64,000 nt of DNA from Balanoglossus misakiensis (Eukaryota > Animalia > Hemichordata): positions 17,283,028 through 17,347,027 of the forward strand of contig CM082576.2 of assembly GCA_040954595.2 (NCBI GenBank). Direction: 5' to 3'. This document shows positions 1 to 11,986 of this stretch, in pieces. Position 1 is the stretch's first letter. The number at the start of each line of letters is the position of its first letter. A program made the position numbers and the translations under genes. Below the pieces are notes generated by a model that was not told the DNA's origin, ran no database searches, and worked only from the letters and a program-made list of their open reading frames with translations.

Positions 1-368
1 GACGCGCTGCCAGGCAAAGCGACTGTACGTTTCTGCACACATATATTTGATATGAATATTCATGAGCGGCGTTAATTTGCATGTAGAACATCTAGAAGCG
101 CACAAAGCTCGCGATAACGCCCAAAAATGCGTATTCTGTACCTGGTATGTACGCGTATAGAACTCATGTTGACGCGACGCTAATTTGATTGACAGACATA
201 CGAGGTTCGAATGTTCTCCGCTACTTACCAAAATCTGGTAAAACCACTTGAGGGCGTTTACAGAATCGGCAAGACTGTGTGATTAGCGTCGCGTCCAAAG
301 GACGTTCGCAACGCGGACGCGCATTTCTTTTTCAGTATCACACAGTCTTTGAGCAAGACTAAGTACGA

Positions 369-462
369 CCCTGTATGGACCCGGGCTCAGTGAGTGACTT
401 TATTGGACCCACCTGTGGCTTGTCTTATACACATCACACACTGAGCCCAAGTCCATACAGGG
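369..462. repeat. Near-perfect palindrome, probably the end of a non-autonomous transposon
   Basis: CCTGTATGGACCCGGGCTCAGTG (369-391) is inverse to CACTGAGCCCAAGTCCATACAGG (439-461) with 2 mismatches. Confidence 0.55.
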
Positions 463-543
463 CAGTATTTCTTTTAATAACCCTATAGTATCATCCTCCA
501 CCTATAAGATACTGTGTAATAATTTGTAACTTCTCGATTATAG

Positions 544-3500
544 GTTGTCATTCTTATGAAGTATTGTCCACCGCCTGTAAAATACTGTGGCACAGCTTTA
601 GATGCGGAGCAGTTGGAACTTCTGAAGAATGTAATGAGTAAAAGATACAATGTAACAACACAGGAGTTGAACCTCAGCAATCTATACAATGATGAAGGTT
701 AGTCACACATGTGACAGTTTATTCTTATGCCTACTTCGAAAAAAACCCACAAGTAATCATATCACTACGTGTACACATACAGCAGAACCTTGATAAGACT
801 CTGTTAGTCCCGAATTGATACCATTATTTTGTATGGCCTTACAAACTGTGCCGGTGACCCCATTCAAACCCTATACATGTACATGTATTATAAATATATT
901 TTATGTTCACAGATCTACAGAGTCAGGGTATCAGGGTTTCTGTCAACAAACAGAATCATATGGACTATGTTATAAAAATCATTGAAGAAAATGTGCCCCA
1001 GGTAAGATGACCTAATTAACCCTAATGCTACTGGGTGTCATACCTGTTTAGAGTGTCAAGTCCCTTAAAATACATATTTGCCACTTTTTCTTCTAAAACG
1101 TATTTTGACTGTCTTGACATGGCTCTCATACGTATTTTGACACACTTGGCAGTTTGAACCCCCCCCCCCTAAAATGTACCAAATCGCAGTGGTTTGCACT
1201 GGTTTGGTTTGAGGGTCTTGTATAAGCCCTACTGATTAACACGCACTTGGCAGTCTAACAGGCCTGGGAGCCAGGATTCTAGGCACCCTGGAAATCAAAC
1301 CAGTTTCAACTGACTTGGCAGAGTTAGGGTTAAAGGGAAAAAGCCACTAAGTTTTCGACAGGGTTAGATCCCAAAGTGGTATACATCCGAACCTGTTTGA
1401 TTCTTTATTAGGGTAATTAAAAATTGGTTATATACCAAAGTTTTGAGCACATATATTAAAAAAATCAGTAAAAAAAGCAATCTGGTGTAGGCTAGTGAAT
1501 ATGTGCAGTAAATTACAATAAATCCAGTAAATGTTGAAACCTGAACGCGTTTGTTTGTTTGTTTATAAACATTACAATTCATCCACAATTCCCTGAAATT
1601 AGATCATTCTTAGAATGAACGAAGCAGCCAACCGTAGCGTAGATGGGGCCATGACAGCAATTGAAGATTCTAGTAGGTCGTGGCGACTGCAGTTGGGTAT
1701 GCTCTGGTATGGGACGACATATTCTCATCAAGGAGGACACCCACACGGCGCGACGACCCCTTCCCTTTAAATTGGCCACTGCTAACTTTATCACTGTAAT
1801 TGTTCTCTGCAGATTCACTCTCTGGACCTAAGTAACAATCGAATGTATTCCTTGGATAGCCTGCAATGTCTTGTTACAAAAGCACCAAACCTAAAGATAC
1901 TTCGCCTTGGAAGGAATACGGTAGGTACATTACTTTCTTCCATTATCAAGCCTTAGAGTGCCATAGAAGTCTGTGGAACGTGAATCCTATGACCCTGAGT
2001 ATGTAGGTTCCTTGGGGTGATCGAAGTAGAGATTGTTCAAATTGGGGTGAAATGTGCATATTTGTAGATTTGGGGCAATTTTTGCCAGTTTTGGTTTTAA
2101 AAATTCTCCTAATCACTTCTTTGATTGCTTTGAAATTTGGTCTGTAGATCCCTGGGTGTGAACTAAATTGAGACGTTCAAATTATTTTTAGAATCAGCAA
2201 TATTGTTTTTTAGAGGCAATTGCCAGTTTTGGTCAAAAATCTTTCCATTATCAACCCGTTAGAGTAATCTTTCCAATTTTTGGGCATCATTATTTCTACC
2301 AAATTCAGCTACGAAATGACAAGGAACTTGAGAAGATAAAGAGATTAAAGTTGGATGAAATTGTGCTCGATGGAAACCCACTCTGTGATAATTTTAGTGA
2401 ACAAAGTTCATACATCAGGTAACACAGTCTTCGGTTGTTGTCGGAAACAATCCCTTTTGTTGTATAAGTATGAGACATGAAATGGAGATATGAAATGGCA
2501 ATGTGTACTGGTATTTGGAACAGAGATACTGACTTCATACTTGCCTCTCATTATTTAAAAATTTGTTTTACATCGTGGAGAATTCTGTAATCATTAAATC
2601 TATTCTCTTGGATCCCACCTTTCTTCTAGAAAACAATTGATTTTCAGTGTGAAGTGAAAATAAAATAAAATACATTTAATTAAGGTTGCACAATATTTAG
2701 TGTGTAGTTATAAAAGTAAAAAAAAAAATCTAAATTCAACTGAAAGAAATGTGACAGAAAATTAAAATGCAAAAAACTTTCACAATATTTGTATGTATGT
2801 ATAAAAGTAAAAAAAAATCTAAATTCACCTGAAAGAAATGTGACAGAAAATGAAAATGCAAAAAACACTTTCTGGAAACAGTGCTCTGAACAGTCACAGG
2901 AATATAAAGCTGCCACTGGTTACAATAGCCACCTTCAATGTTACCAAAGAGACCAAAGTTCACCACAGAAGACCACGATATACCAGGAGGCTACCGGACA
3001 TATGTGAATGAGTCCCTGCACATTTATGTGCAGATGGTAGACTGAACTGTTGTACTGCCCTCTCTAGTTGATTTCCTGGAGACAGTGCCAATGACGGGTA
3101 AGGTTACTCGAGTGGGTAACACCTAAGGCAGGCGCTGTCTTGGTCAGGATTCACTTGTTACAAAGAAGGGCACAGTCAGTCATACATACCACAACTCTAC
3201 CTGCAGTAATGCTTCACAAAGATTGCATGGTATTTTGCAAACGTATTTGCACCAATGCAGACTGCGACAAGCTGAAAGTATTGGCGAAGGCAACCAACAT
3301 ATGTGGTGGAAAATAACGTGTAACTTGGCAGCAAAAAAATCCAACAACATAAAAATACAACAAGAGCACTGTGACTAGCTGGCAGTTCATTATCTGGTAT
3401 CTTTCTATCTATATCTTTCAAAGCAAGAGCAAAAAAAATCAAAGTAAGAAAAAAAAAAACAGCTAAAAATCCGACTTTTATAAAAATCTAAATGTGTACA

Positions 3501-6500
3501 TGAAGGAGAGGGCCAAGGGAAAAGGTTTCATTTACAAGAATGCATCCACTTCCCAAAAATGATAAGTATGAAGCAGATTTGTGTTTGTCTGTACAGACAC
3601 TAAAAGGACAGTATTTGAAAAGAGTACACATTTTCAAATTATGCAAGCAGGTTGTTGATGTTGTTGTTTTGGTCAGTGTTAGTAGCTGACTCTGACTCTG
3701 AATTTGATGTGTTGGAACAATCTGATGGCTATACCCATACAGGACTGTTTAACTTTCTCTAATATTATGCTGAGTGGTTGTAAGTACATCCCACTAAGGT
3801 AAGATTTTATGTTTTACAAATGTGAGGAAGTATTTCAACTGGATTTAGTAAAACATTTATGACAACAAAGCATTTTCAGTCTCCAGAAATGTGAAGCCAC
3901 CCTACCATATAACTTGTATGTCCTACACGTACTTTTTTGTACAACTTGGTATTTTGTGTCACTGGCGCCAAATTTTTATGTCTGCAGGGCCATTAGGAAG
4001 CATTTCCCAAAGCTAGTGAAACTGGTAAGTTAGAAAATTTTTTTTTTTTGCCATTTCACTGAGATAATCCTATTCTAATACATTTGCTACTAGTTTAGCA
4101 AAATCTTTTTTTTTTTTCGCCAAAGGACATTAAGGTTGGATTTCTAACCATTTTGTCATATGATGAGGTTTGTTTCTATCATGAAATTTTCCATTAAAAC
4201 TCGCACACATAACCTAATATTAGACAGATTTCTGACTGTTTATTTCTGTCTGTGTCATCATTACCCCCCCCCCCCCTCCCATTAAAAAACACCAACAGCA
4301 AAATGGGTGATCAGATTTGAACCAAATTTTGTGGCCATTTATTGATGTGAGATGGCAATACGTGTACCTGATTGGATTTTGATGAGCGCTCCTTTCATAT
4401 CGAAGTTATCAAAGATTATTTTTTTTAAATAGTGGTTGCCATTAGAGAGTGACTTTTTCACTAATTTTTCTTTTGTGCAATGCATATGTCACTTCAGTGA
4501 GTGTAATGTTATTTTGTTGCTTGTATTTTTTCCATAGGATGGACATGAGTTGCCACCTTCGATAGGCTTTGACTTGGACGTTCCAGACACATTGCCAGAA
4601 ATCCGAGGAAGTTATTTTGTCAATGATAACGTGAAGACCTTGATCTTGAACTTTTTGGAACAGTAAGTATTCAATCAGACTAATATGACTTCTATTGTCT
4701 ACAGCATGCTTCAGTTATTCAACAAATCAAAAAGCCTACAAGTTTACTAACAAAGTGCTAAACATCGCAGCACTGGGTAGTTATGTATGCAAGCTAATAA
4801 TATTAATAATATTGAGTCTTACATAGCACACATATCCAAAATATGCTCAAGGCTCTTTACAACAATTTCAAGCTCATTTAAATACAAGCTGCCCAGGGTT
4901 CAAGGTATACCCCACATTTCTGATGCTAGGAATGACAATAAAATACATGTACAGTGATTTATTGAAATTATCGTTAAATGGGGAATTTGTGAACTTGTAA
5001 TTTATGAGTGTTATAAATGCCGGAGAAGAAAGCACAGCATTTCTGAGCAAACTTTCATGATTGTTCTGTTTATAGATATTACAGTTGCTATGACTCTGGC
5101 AATCGGCAGAAACTCATAGATGCATATCATGAAAAGGTGAGTATTGATGAAATATATCACACCCGAAAGGATGATCAAGATTGCCATTTGTTCATTGATT
5201 TTCGTTAGTTTTGGCTGTTGCCAAAGAAGTATGAGAAGAATTTCCTGATAACCAGTGTCTGTATGCCAGAGTATCTTTAAATTTAAAACGGACAAAGTCT
5301 CTCTCGTTGCCATTTCCCATTAATTATGTTTGATACAAGACACTGTTTATGTTATTCTACATGTGGATATATAGTGAATCAACGTTCGACCACACACAAC
5401 TTCCAACCCGTTTGTAGGATATGAAAGTAAAAATCTCAGGAACTACTGGTCCCATTACTTTAAAAGTAGCCATGTGGTTATTGTACTCGATCAAGAAAGG
5501 GGAGGTTCTTGCAATTCTAAAACTTCTGCATGTGAGGGACACCAATTAAAGGGACATTAGCTGTATCTTTTGGCTATAATTTTAGTGTTTTTGTTTTGTG
5601 TACCAAATGCAATTTCTTGTTCTACTCCAAACAGCAGTGTGATTTAACCAGCAATCTGCTTGTCAAAATAGCCTGTACGTGTGTAACAACCACTGTTAGT
5701 GTTGACAAATGAATTCTAATCTGGACTTGAATACAAATTTTGCACAATAACAATGCTGACTCTATACTTATAGGTTGTGTTGATAAGCTGGATACTGGGC
5801 ATTTCATTGTGTTTCGGGGATTTGAACAAGAAACTGCAATAGATATCAAAACGAAAAACTGAAAACAGCGAAAAGTTACAGCTAATAAAGCTTTAAGCAT
5901 CTCTTGGAAATTATCTGTGGTCAAATATGGATGTACAGCTGAATTGTAGTCTCTGACTTTGATCTTGTGTCATTTTCTGTAGGCATGTTTCTCCCTGACA
6001 ATACCTCCAGCTCCATCCAAAGATATCCATAGGCCGAAAACACACTCTCTAAGTGGATATGTGCCCTACAACCGTTCTCTCAATAAGATCTTTGATGCAG
6101 GTAAGGTTACATCTCCACTTTCATTTGATTTATAAATGGATAGAGTGACATGTTTTCTTTGAATCCTGCAAAATACAAAATAGATTACCAGAGGGGCGTG
6201 GAATGTGTGTTTTTATTGTCAGTTTTTTAGTCCCCATGGATAATGTCCTGGACATTTATCCGTTCCACCTGCAGCCATTTCTCAGACTTACTTGACCCGA
6301 TTTCATTGAAACTTGTCACATAAAATGTACGTACACATACTGTTTTATTTTATGATAAATCTGATATGCTCGTCGGACAGCCAGTTTAGCTTGTGTGTTT
6401 AAACACAGGTGATCTAATGTTTTACTCATGTATGTCTGTCTGTTAATTAACACAAATGATCTCAAGAATGGCTGAACAGATTCAAGTCAAATTTTGTATT

Positions 6501-9500
6501 ATTATCGTTCATAATTGACGCCGCACAACCTCCTATCTTCAGCATGAATTTGTGTGGCTCCATATAGGACACTTAGATGATGACGTAAGGAAAAAATCTA
6601 ATCACAACGTTCTGGTGTAGTTACAAAAGTGATATATAGATGAAAATAATATTTTTGTTATCTTGTGCAGAGCAAAAGTTCCGACTGTTGAAGCAGAACA
6701 GATTAAGTGTGGTTGCTTGTCTTGATGAACTCCCAGATACACAGCATGACCTTGCATCATTTGTTATAGATGTTAGTATGTTCACCGTAAGTATTCTCAT
6801 CATTCAGCTTTATTTTTAATAATATAAGAATTAGCTAGCCTTATCTGAGATGGTACGGCATTCCAATTTGGTTTAAGAGATTCTGTCCCCTCCATACAAA
6901 AAATGTGAAATTTTTAGTCCATGTCCCTGGTATCTTTTCATATATGGATAGATGCTTGGTTTCCATCACCTTTGAGTGTTGGCAGTTTCTTCGGCTTGTT
7001 TCTACACCAAGTCCACCGAACCCGAGCTGTCTTAAATTCCAGATCTCAAAATTCATTCCGGAAGGCAGACTTGGTGAATTGTGATATCTTTTCTTCCCAA
7101 AGAGGACAAATCACAGTCTTTCAATGACTGTTTCAAATCACCAGCTTTCCATATTAATTCAAAATTTTATAGATATCTAACTTTAGGATTGGCTGCCAGT
7201 GACAGTCCACAGACGTATGATTTGACAGCTGTTGCATCCCCAAAAACAAATTTTGCATGTCTCGTGATAAACAAGGACTTGTCAGCCATAGGCATCAGGC
7301 TTCTTATTTACAGAATTTCTGGTAGCAGATCACTGCTACCATTGCCACCGATTATTTTAATCCATGTGTAACGCATTAATCTGTGATCATGTCGAAAAAA
7401 TAATGAAAACAAATATACAAGTACATGTATACAGTTATTACAACTTTGGGATCATCATTTATTTTCACAGGGCACTCTCTTAAGCTTCTGTGTGTCTGGC
7501 ATTTTCAAAGAAAGTAAGTAGTTAAAGTTTTAATAGTTACAGCTTTACTTTCTCCAAGTAATTCTCAGTTGAACCACAGGGAACTCAGGCTCATAGTTGT
7601 GGTAAAATGAATAAAAACATAGTTTTATTATTATATTATGAATAAAAAATGGAAAAAATATTAAAAATTATTATTATTATTATTATTATTATTAGTATAT
7701 TTGTAGTAGTTCTTGTTATCTATCATGTGTTAAAATCCAACATACCTATGCATTCTGTCTTCTCCCGGCCCCTAACACGTACTGTACTGGCCGACCTATA
7801 TACTCTACCCTAAAAAAAGACAAGGGATGCAACTTGTCTCATACCCAACTGATTTTCACTCGCCAAAAAAACACCAAGTCTGCGTGGGACGAGTCTGATG
7901 ACCTATATCTGAGCCGACGAATTTGATACACGCTACGCGATTGGTTGATTTCAAATTTTGACTCACGGGCAGACGAGCTGGAGGTTTCACTAAGAGATTG
8001 TTGCAAGCAATGCCAAAATACATCGCGAAAAACTGGATTTTCCAGCTTTATCTACGATATGAGGTACAGTACGGATCAGGATTGTCGAGTATGACTACTG
8101 TAAGTTGGCCCATGTCGAAATTTAGCGATTCCGATGTTGACTTGGTGTGTTTTTTGGCGAGTGAAAATCAGTTGGGTATGAGACAAGTTGCATCCCTTGT
8201 CTTTTTCTTAGGGTAGAGTATATAGGTCGGCCAGTACAGTACGTGTTAGGGAGAAGACAGAATGCATAGGTATGTTGGATTTTAACACATGATAGATAAC
8301 AAGAACTACTACAAATATACTAATAATAATAATAATAATAATTAATAATAATAATAATTTTTAATATTTTTTTCCATTTTTTATTCATAATAATAATAAT
8401 AAAACTATGTTTTTATTCATTTTACCACAACTATGAGCCTGAGTGCCCTGTGGTTGAACAAGAACATAAAGCATTTTTAAAAATGTGAAAGAAAATACAA
8501 TGCCAATCATCTTGTTTTCTCTCTCCTGACTTTAGTGAACTCTAAAGATCCGCACAACGCATCAATCCGATCGTTCTCAAGGACATTCCTAACAGTACCA
8601 GCTGGCTCTGGGTAAGACATGAATGACTTTTGTCATTAACACTTCATCTGATAGTTTAGGAATCCTTTTGGTCAAAGTTCTATCAATAACTCCAATCCTA
8701 CACTCCCTCTTAGGAGATTAGTGAGTTCTACTAAAATTCACGCTAAACATTTGATTGATTCAAAGTGTTTTTAGATAGAAAAGCCCATTAAAACTTATTT
8801 CTATGTTCTATTTTAAGTTTTCTCCAAAATGAGAAAAATACACACATCGAAATCACATTGATGAGTGTACCGGTATCCATGGCATGCTCTTGTTTGGCAT
8901 AGTGCACACACATGTACATTGGAACATTGATACATATTGTCTGACTCTGCCCTGAACTTTTGTATGTAGTGTGGATAATTATTTTGAGTCACCAGTGAGT
9001 TTGTTGAGTCAATGGCTTGTCATATGGGCTTAGTGGCCGGGCACACTGTATCTGACTATAAAATTTCAGCATTGTAGTTTGGCATTAATGGATAAACTGT
9101 GAACCAGGAAAATGAAGTAAAGTTTATGAAGAATGTGATTGGTGGTTTTATTTGTTATTCCAAATACAACCCAATATATGAATGAGCAGTGCTCATTACA
9201 ATATATGAATGAGCAGTGCTTTATTTGAATTTTAGATATTGCATAATAAATTGCTTTGGATAAAATATAAATTGATTGTTGGAAAACTGAAATGTTTTAT
9301 TTACATTATTTCAGACTTTCTATAATCAATGACCAGCTCAGCATTGGACGACCATCACTAAGTCAACTCAAGGTAAAATTTTATTTTATTTTGTCTGTAG
9401 TCTAGCAAGTTTACAAACATTTGATGCAAGGTGTTTGAAATTCTATTTAAAATTAGCTTAAGCTTTCATCTGAACACAGAATTCAGATGCACATTTTAAG

Positions 9501-11986
9501 AAATATTGCTGGCAAAGTTGTCTAGTTTACACTTTACAGTGATGACTGCCTGTTGCTGTGTGTTTTTAAGGTCAGGTTTGTATAAGTAATAAATGGCCAA
9601 TAAAAGATGACACTACAGCATTTTCCTGTCAAAATATGACAGATAAAATACCTTTTCTTATGAAAAGCAAAATATACACTTGTCTATATGTGTCATGTTT
9701 AATATAATGCGCCCTAAGGTGGTGATCTGTAGTACATGTGTTTGCACAAGGGAGGAAGGTCGATAGAGTGTTATGGTGTGAGGTCGTTTGGTTTAGGTGC
9801 CATGTCCTGTTGACCTATTTGAACTGCTAATTATCTGTACAGTTGTTCTAATTATACTTTGTGAGGAGGAGTTAATCCGATGATTGATAGCTTCTTCAAG
9901 AGTAGTGGGATGTGTCTAACCACAGGAATTTATTCAGGGAAAGTGGAGAAATACTTATATGATAGAAACCGAATAAGTTAGTTGTCTGTCAACTCTTCTG
10001 TGTTTATCTTACCGATACGATTGTAACCTGAACACTACGACTTCTCTGCTCGTACACAGTATAAACAATGGCACAGTATAATGATATGCATGATAAAATA
10101 TGCCCTCTTTTGGTGAACTCTTTCTACATTCTACCTTGTCTTGCACTCGATACCGTACTTCCACAAAACATTGTATGTCTTCGAGTATTCATGAAATATA
10201 CTCATTTTTTTTCCAATGTGAGAATTTTGTGAGGATTAATTATATTCATGGGCCTACATTTTTGGTAAGAGACTATTCAGGTATCTACTCAAGTCTTACT
10301 TCAATATCAAATACTTCCTTTCTGTAATATCCCTGTTATTATTTGTGTGTGTTTAGGGAGCCTTTGCAACACCTGCACCAACTCCATCAACAAGTCCAGT
10401 GCCACCAGAAGTACAAGCAGCCACCTCCTCACCTCATCAAATTCAACAGATGCATTCAGTAACACAGTCACTACCACCCACGATCAAAACTGAAACTCCA
10501 GAATTGACTCCTGAACAGCAGCAGATGGTGCAAAGTTTTTCCAAACAGTCTGGTATGAATCTGAAGTGGTCGTACAAGTAAGTTTCTCATTTGTGAGCTT
10601 GCATTTACCGTATAATGATGTTTCTCTTTCTGAATTGGCATTTGCCGTATAATGATGACAACAGTAACATGCTGTTACTGCAGTAGCACTAAACTGAACT
10701 GCAATGGACAAGGCAAACACTGTACACTGAAATACCCCACTATAGCTTTCACCCAAAACTGACATCACAACACAGTGCTTATAATGAGCAGACCCACAGT
10801 GTCCCACAAACCCTGATTCTGCAGCGAGGAGGTGTCATCCGCGATGATTTCTTTTCCCTTTCTTCAAAAAAATCCATTTATCAGAAACCACTTGTCTCTT
10901 CTTTGTAGTTTGATCTCAGGGCTTAAGGGATGCCGGTATAGTGTGCCAACATTATGGCTAAAATATCAATATTGTATTGGGGGATGTTTGCCATTTTACA
11001 GTCAAAAGAGTCTAATTGATTAATATGAGTCCATTCATAACCATTATACATGCTAGTCACTTTTGGATCTAACTGTTCCTGTGAAATGGGAGCTCAGTAG
11101 CCTTGACTCTGTTTTTATCTGTACAAGCTATCCAACTAAATATGCTTAGTATTTTAGCAATGTGTCTAACAGTGAATTCTTTCACAGAAAATATTTGTAC
11201 ATCTATTGGTTTTTGACCAAGTTGACATTGTTAAAATATAAGTGACCTTCCCCTGCATGAAGAAAAAAATCTCTCCTCCCCAGGTGTCATTTTCCATATT
11301 TTAGAATATTTTCATTTTCCTGTTTGTAAAATATACTGTATATCGATGAATTTTCAATGCAATATAGAGTGAAACTGGGTGTTCCCCATCCACCTATTTT
11401 TTTAAAAAGATGGTATAAAATCTTATGGACAGTGCTGAGTCAGCACTTTTCTTGCATTCACTCCAACTCTATATTGCTGGAGCTGGGTGTGAACTGGTCA
11501 AAAACTTGACCTGTCCTTGGGATGTTTATTGCTTGCAAATTGCATTCATATTTCACACTTATGTTACAAAGCTGATCAAAGGAGAGTGTCCTCCTAATGC
11601 TAACTGTTACACATATAATTATCCTTGTATTTTTAAGGTGTCTCGCAGAAAATGGTTGGAATTATGAAAATTCTGCAAGAATATTTACGGCTTTACAGGT
11701 GGGTAGCTTCAGTTCCCAAGGATTTGATTTGCAGAACGTGTGCATTGGGTCTGTCATGGTTTATACAGTCATAGTCTCTGACAAATTGGTACATTTATGC
11801 ACGTCAATAATTTGATGCAAGGCAGGAACAACAGGAGCTGAATATCAACACTTGAGTGAGTGTGTGTGTGTGTATGTCATTGAGCCACTTCTTGAAAGTA
11901 TATATTATTATTATTATTATCATTGTTTGTTTTGTTTCTCATTACAGGCAAAGGGTAGTATACCCCCGGAAGCTTTTGTGAAGTGA
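544..11986 (+). CDS. NXF1: Nuclear RNA export factor 1 (TAP), 5'-partial; RRM end, LRR, NTF2-like and UBA domains; 15 exons in window
   Basis: GT-AG exons join in frame: 544-697 (..[22 protein letters not shown]), 913-1001 (..IIEENVPQ), 1813-1920 ([22 protein letters not shown]), 2309-2418 (..[10 protein letters not shown]), 3988-4024 ([12 protein letters not shown]), 4538-4662 ([12 protein letters not shown]), 5076-5136 ([18 protein letters not shown]), 5983-6100, 6671-6786 (..[17 protein letters not shown]), 7471-7513, 8536-8611 ([11 protein letters not shown]), 9315-9372, 10357-10577 (..[15 protein letters not shown]), 11638-11698 (CLAENGWNY), 11948-11986 ([12 protein letters not shown]). 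Motifs and intron positions resemble vertebrate NXF1. Confidence 0.96.
1020..1329. mobile_element. piggyBac-like MITE
   Basis: TTAA|CCCTAA ... TTAGGG|TTAA: short TIR with CCC/GGG termini and TTAA on both sides. Confidence 0.55.
1334..1766. mobile_element. Kolobok-like non-autonomous element
   Basis: TTAA|AGGGAA ... TTCCCT|TTAA. Its right part recurs inverted at ~35758-35975; the ORF-track peptides at 1579-1818 and 35528-35944 share the same sequence. Confidence 0.6.
2709..2866 (+). repeat. A-rich direct duplication (~68 bp x2) in the NXF1 cassette intron
   Basis: TATAAAAGTAAAAAAAAA..TCTAAATTCA.CTGAAAGAAATGTGACAGAAAAT..AAATGCAAAAAAC at ~2709 and ~2800. Confidence 0.85.
3074..3149 (+). promoter_or_regulatory. 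CTE-like RNA hairpin (candidate NXF1-binding site) in the NXF1 cassette intron
   Basis: GCCAATGACGGGTAAG (3087-3102) and ACCTAAGGCAGGC (3121-3133) match the two strands of the type-D retroviral CTE core as I recall it (GCCAATGACGGGTAA / ACCTAAGACAGGC). Closing stem AGACAGTGCC (3080-3089) pairs with GGCGCTGTCT (3131-3140); apical stem GTTAC/GTAAC. Confidence 0.88.
5550..5893. mobile_element. Kolobok-like MITE (related copy at ~15912-16172)
   Basis: TTAAAGGGACATTAGCTGTA...TACAGCTAATAAAGCTTTAA; a related sequence starts at 15908 (TTAAAGGGACATCAGCTGTAAC). Confidence 0.6.
7575..8452. mobile_element. Foldback element with ~310-bp TIRs and a 7-bp TSD (P/Galileo-like, non-autonomous)
   Basis: Arms 7575-~7880 and ~8139-8452 are near-perfect inverted copies; CACAGGG...CCCTGTG termini; GTTGAAC duplicated at 7568-7574 and 8453-8459. 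Confidence 0.85.
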
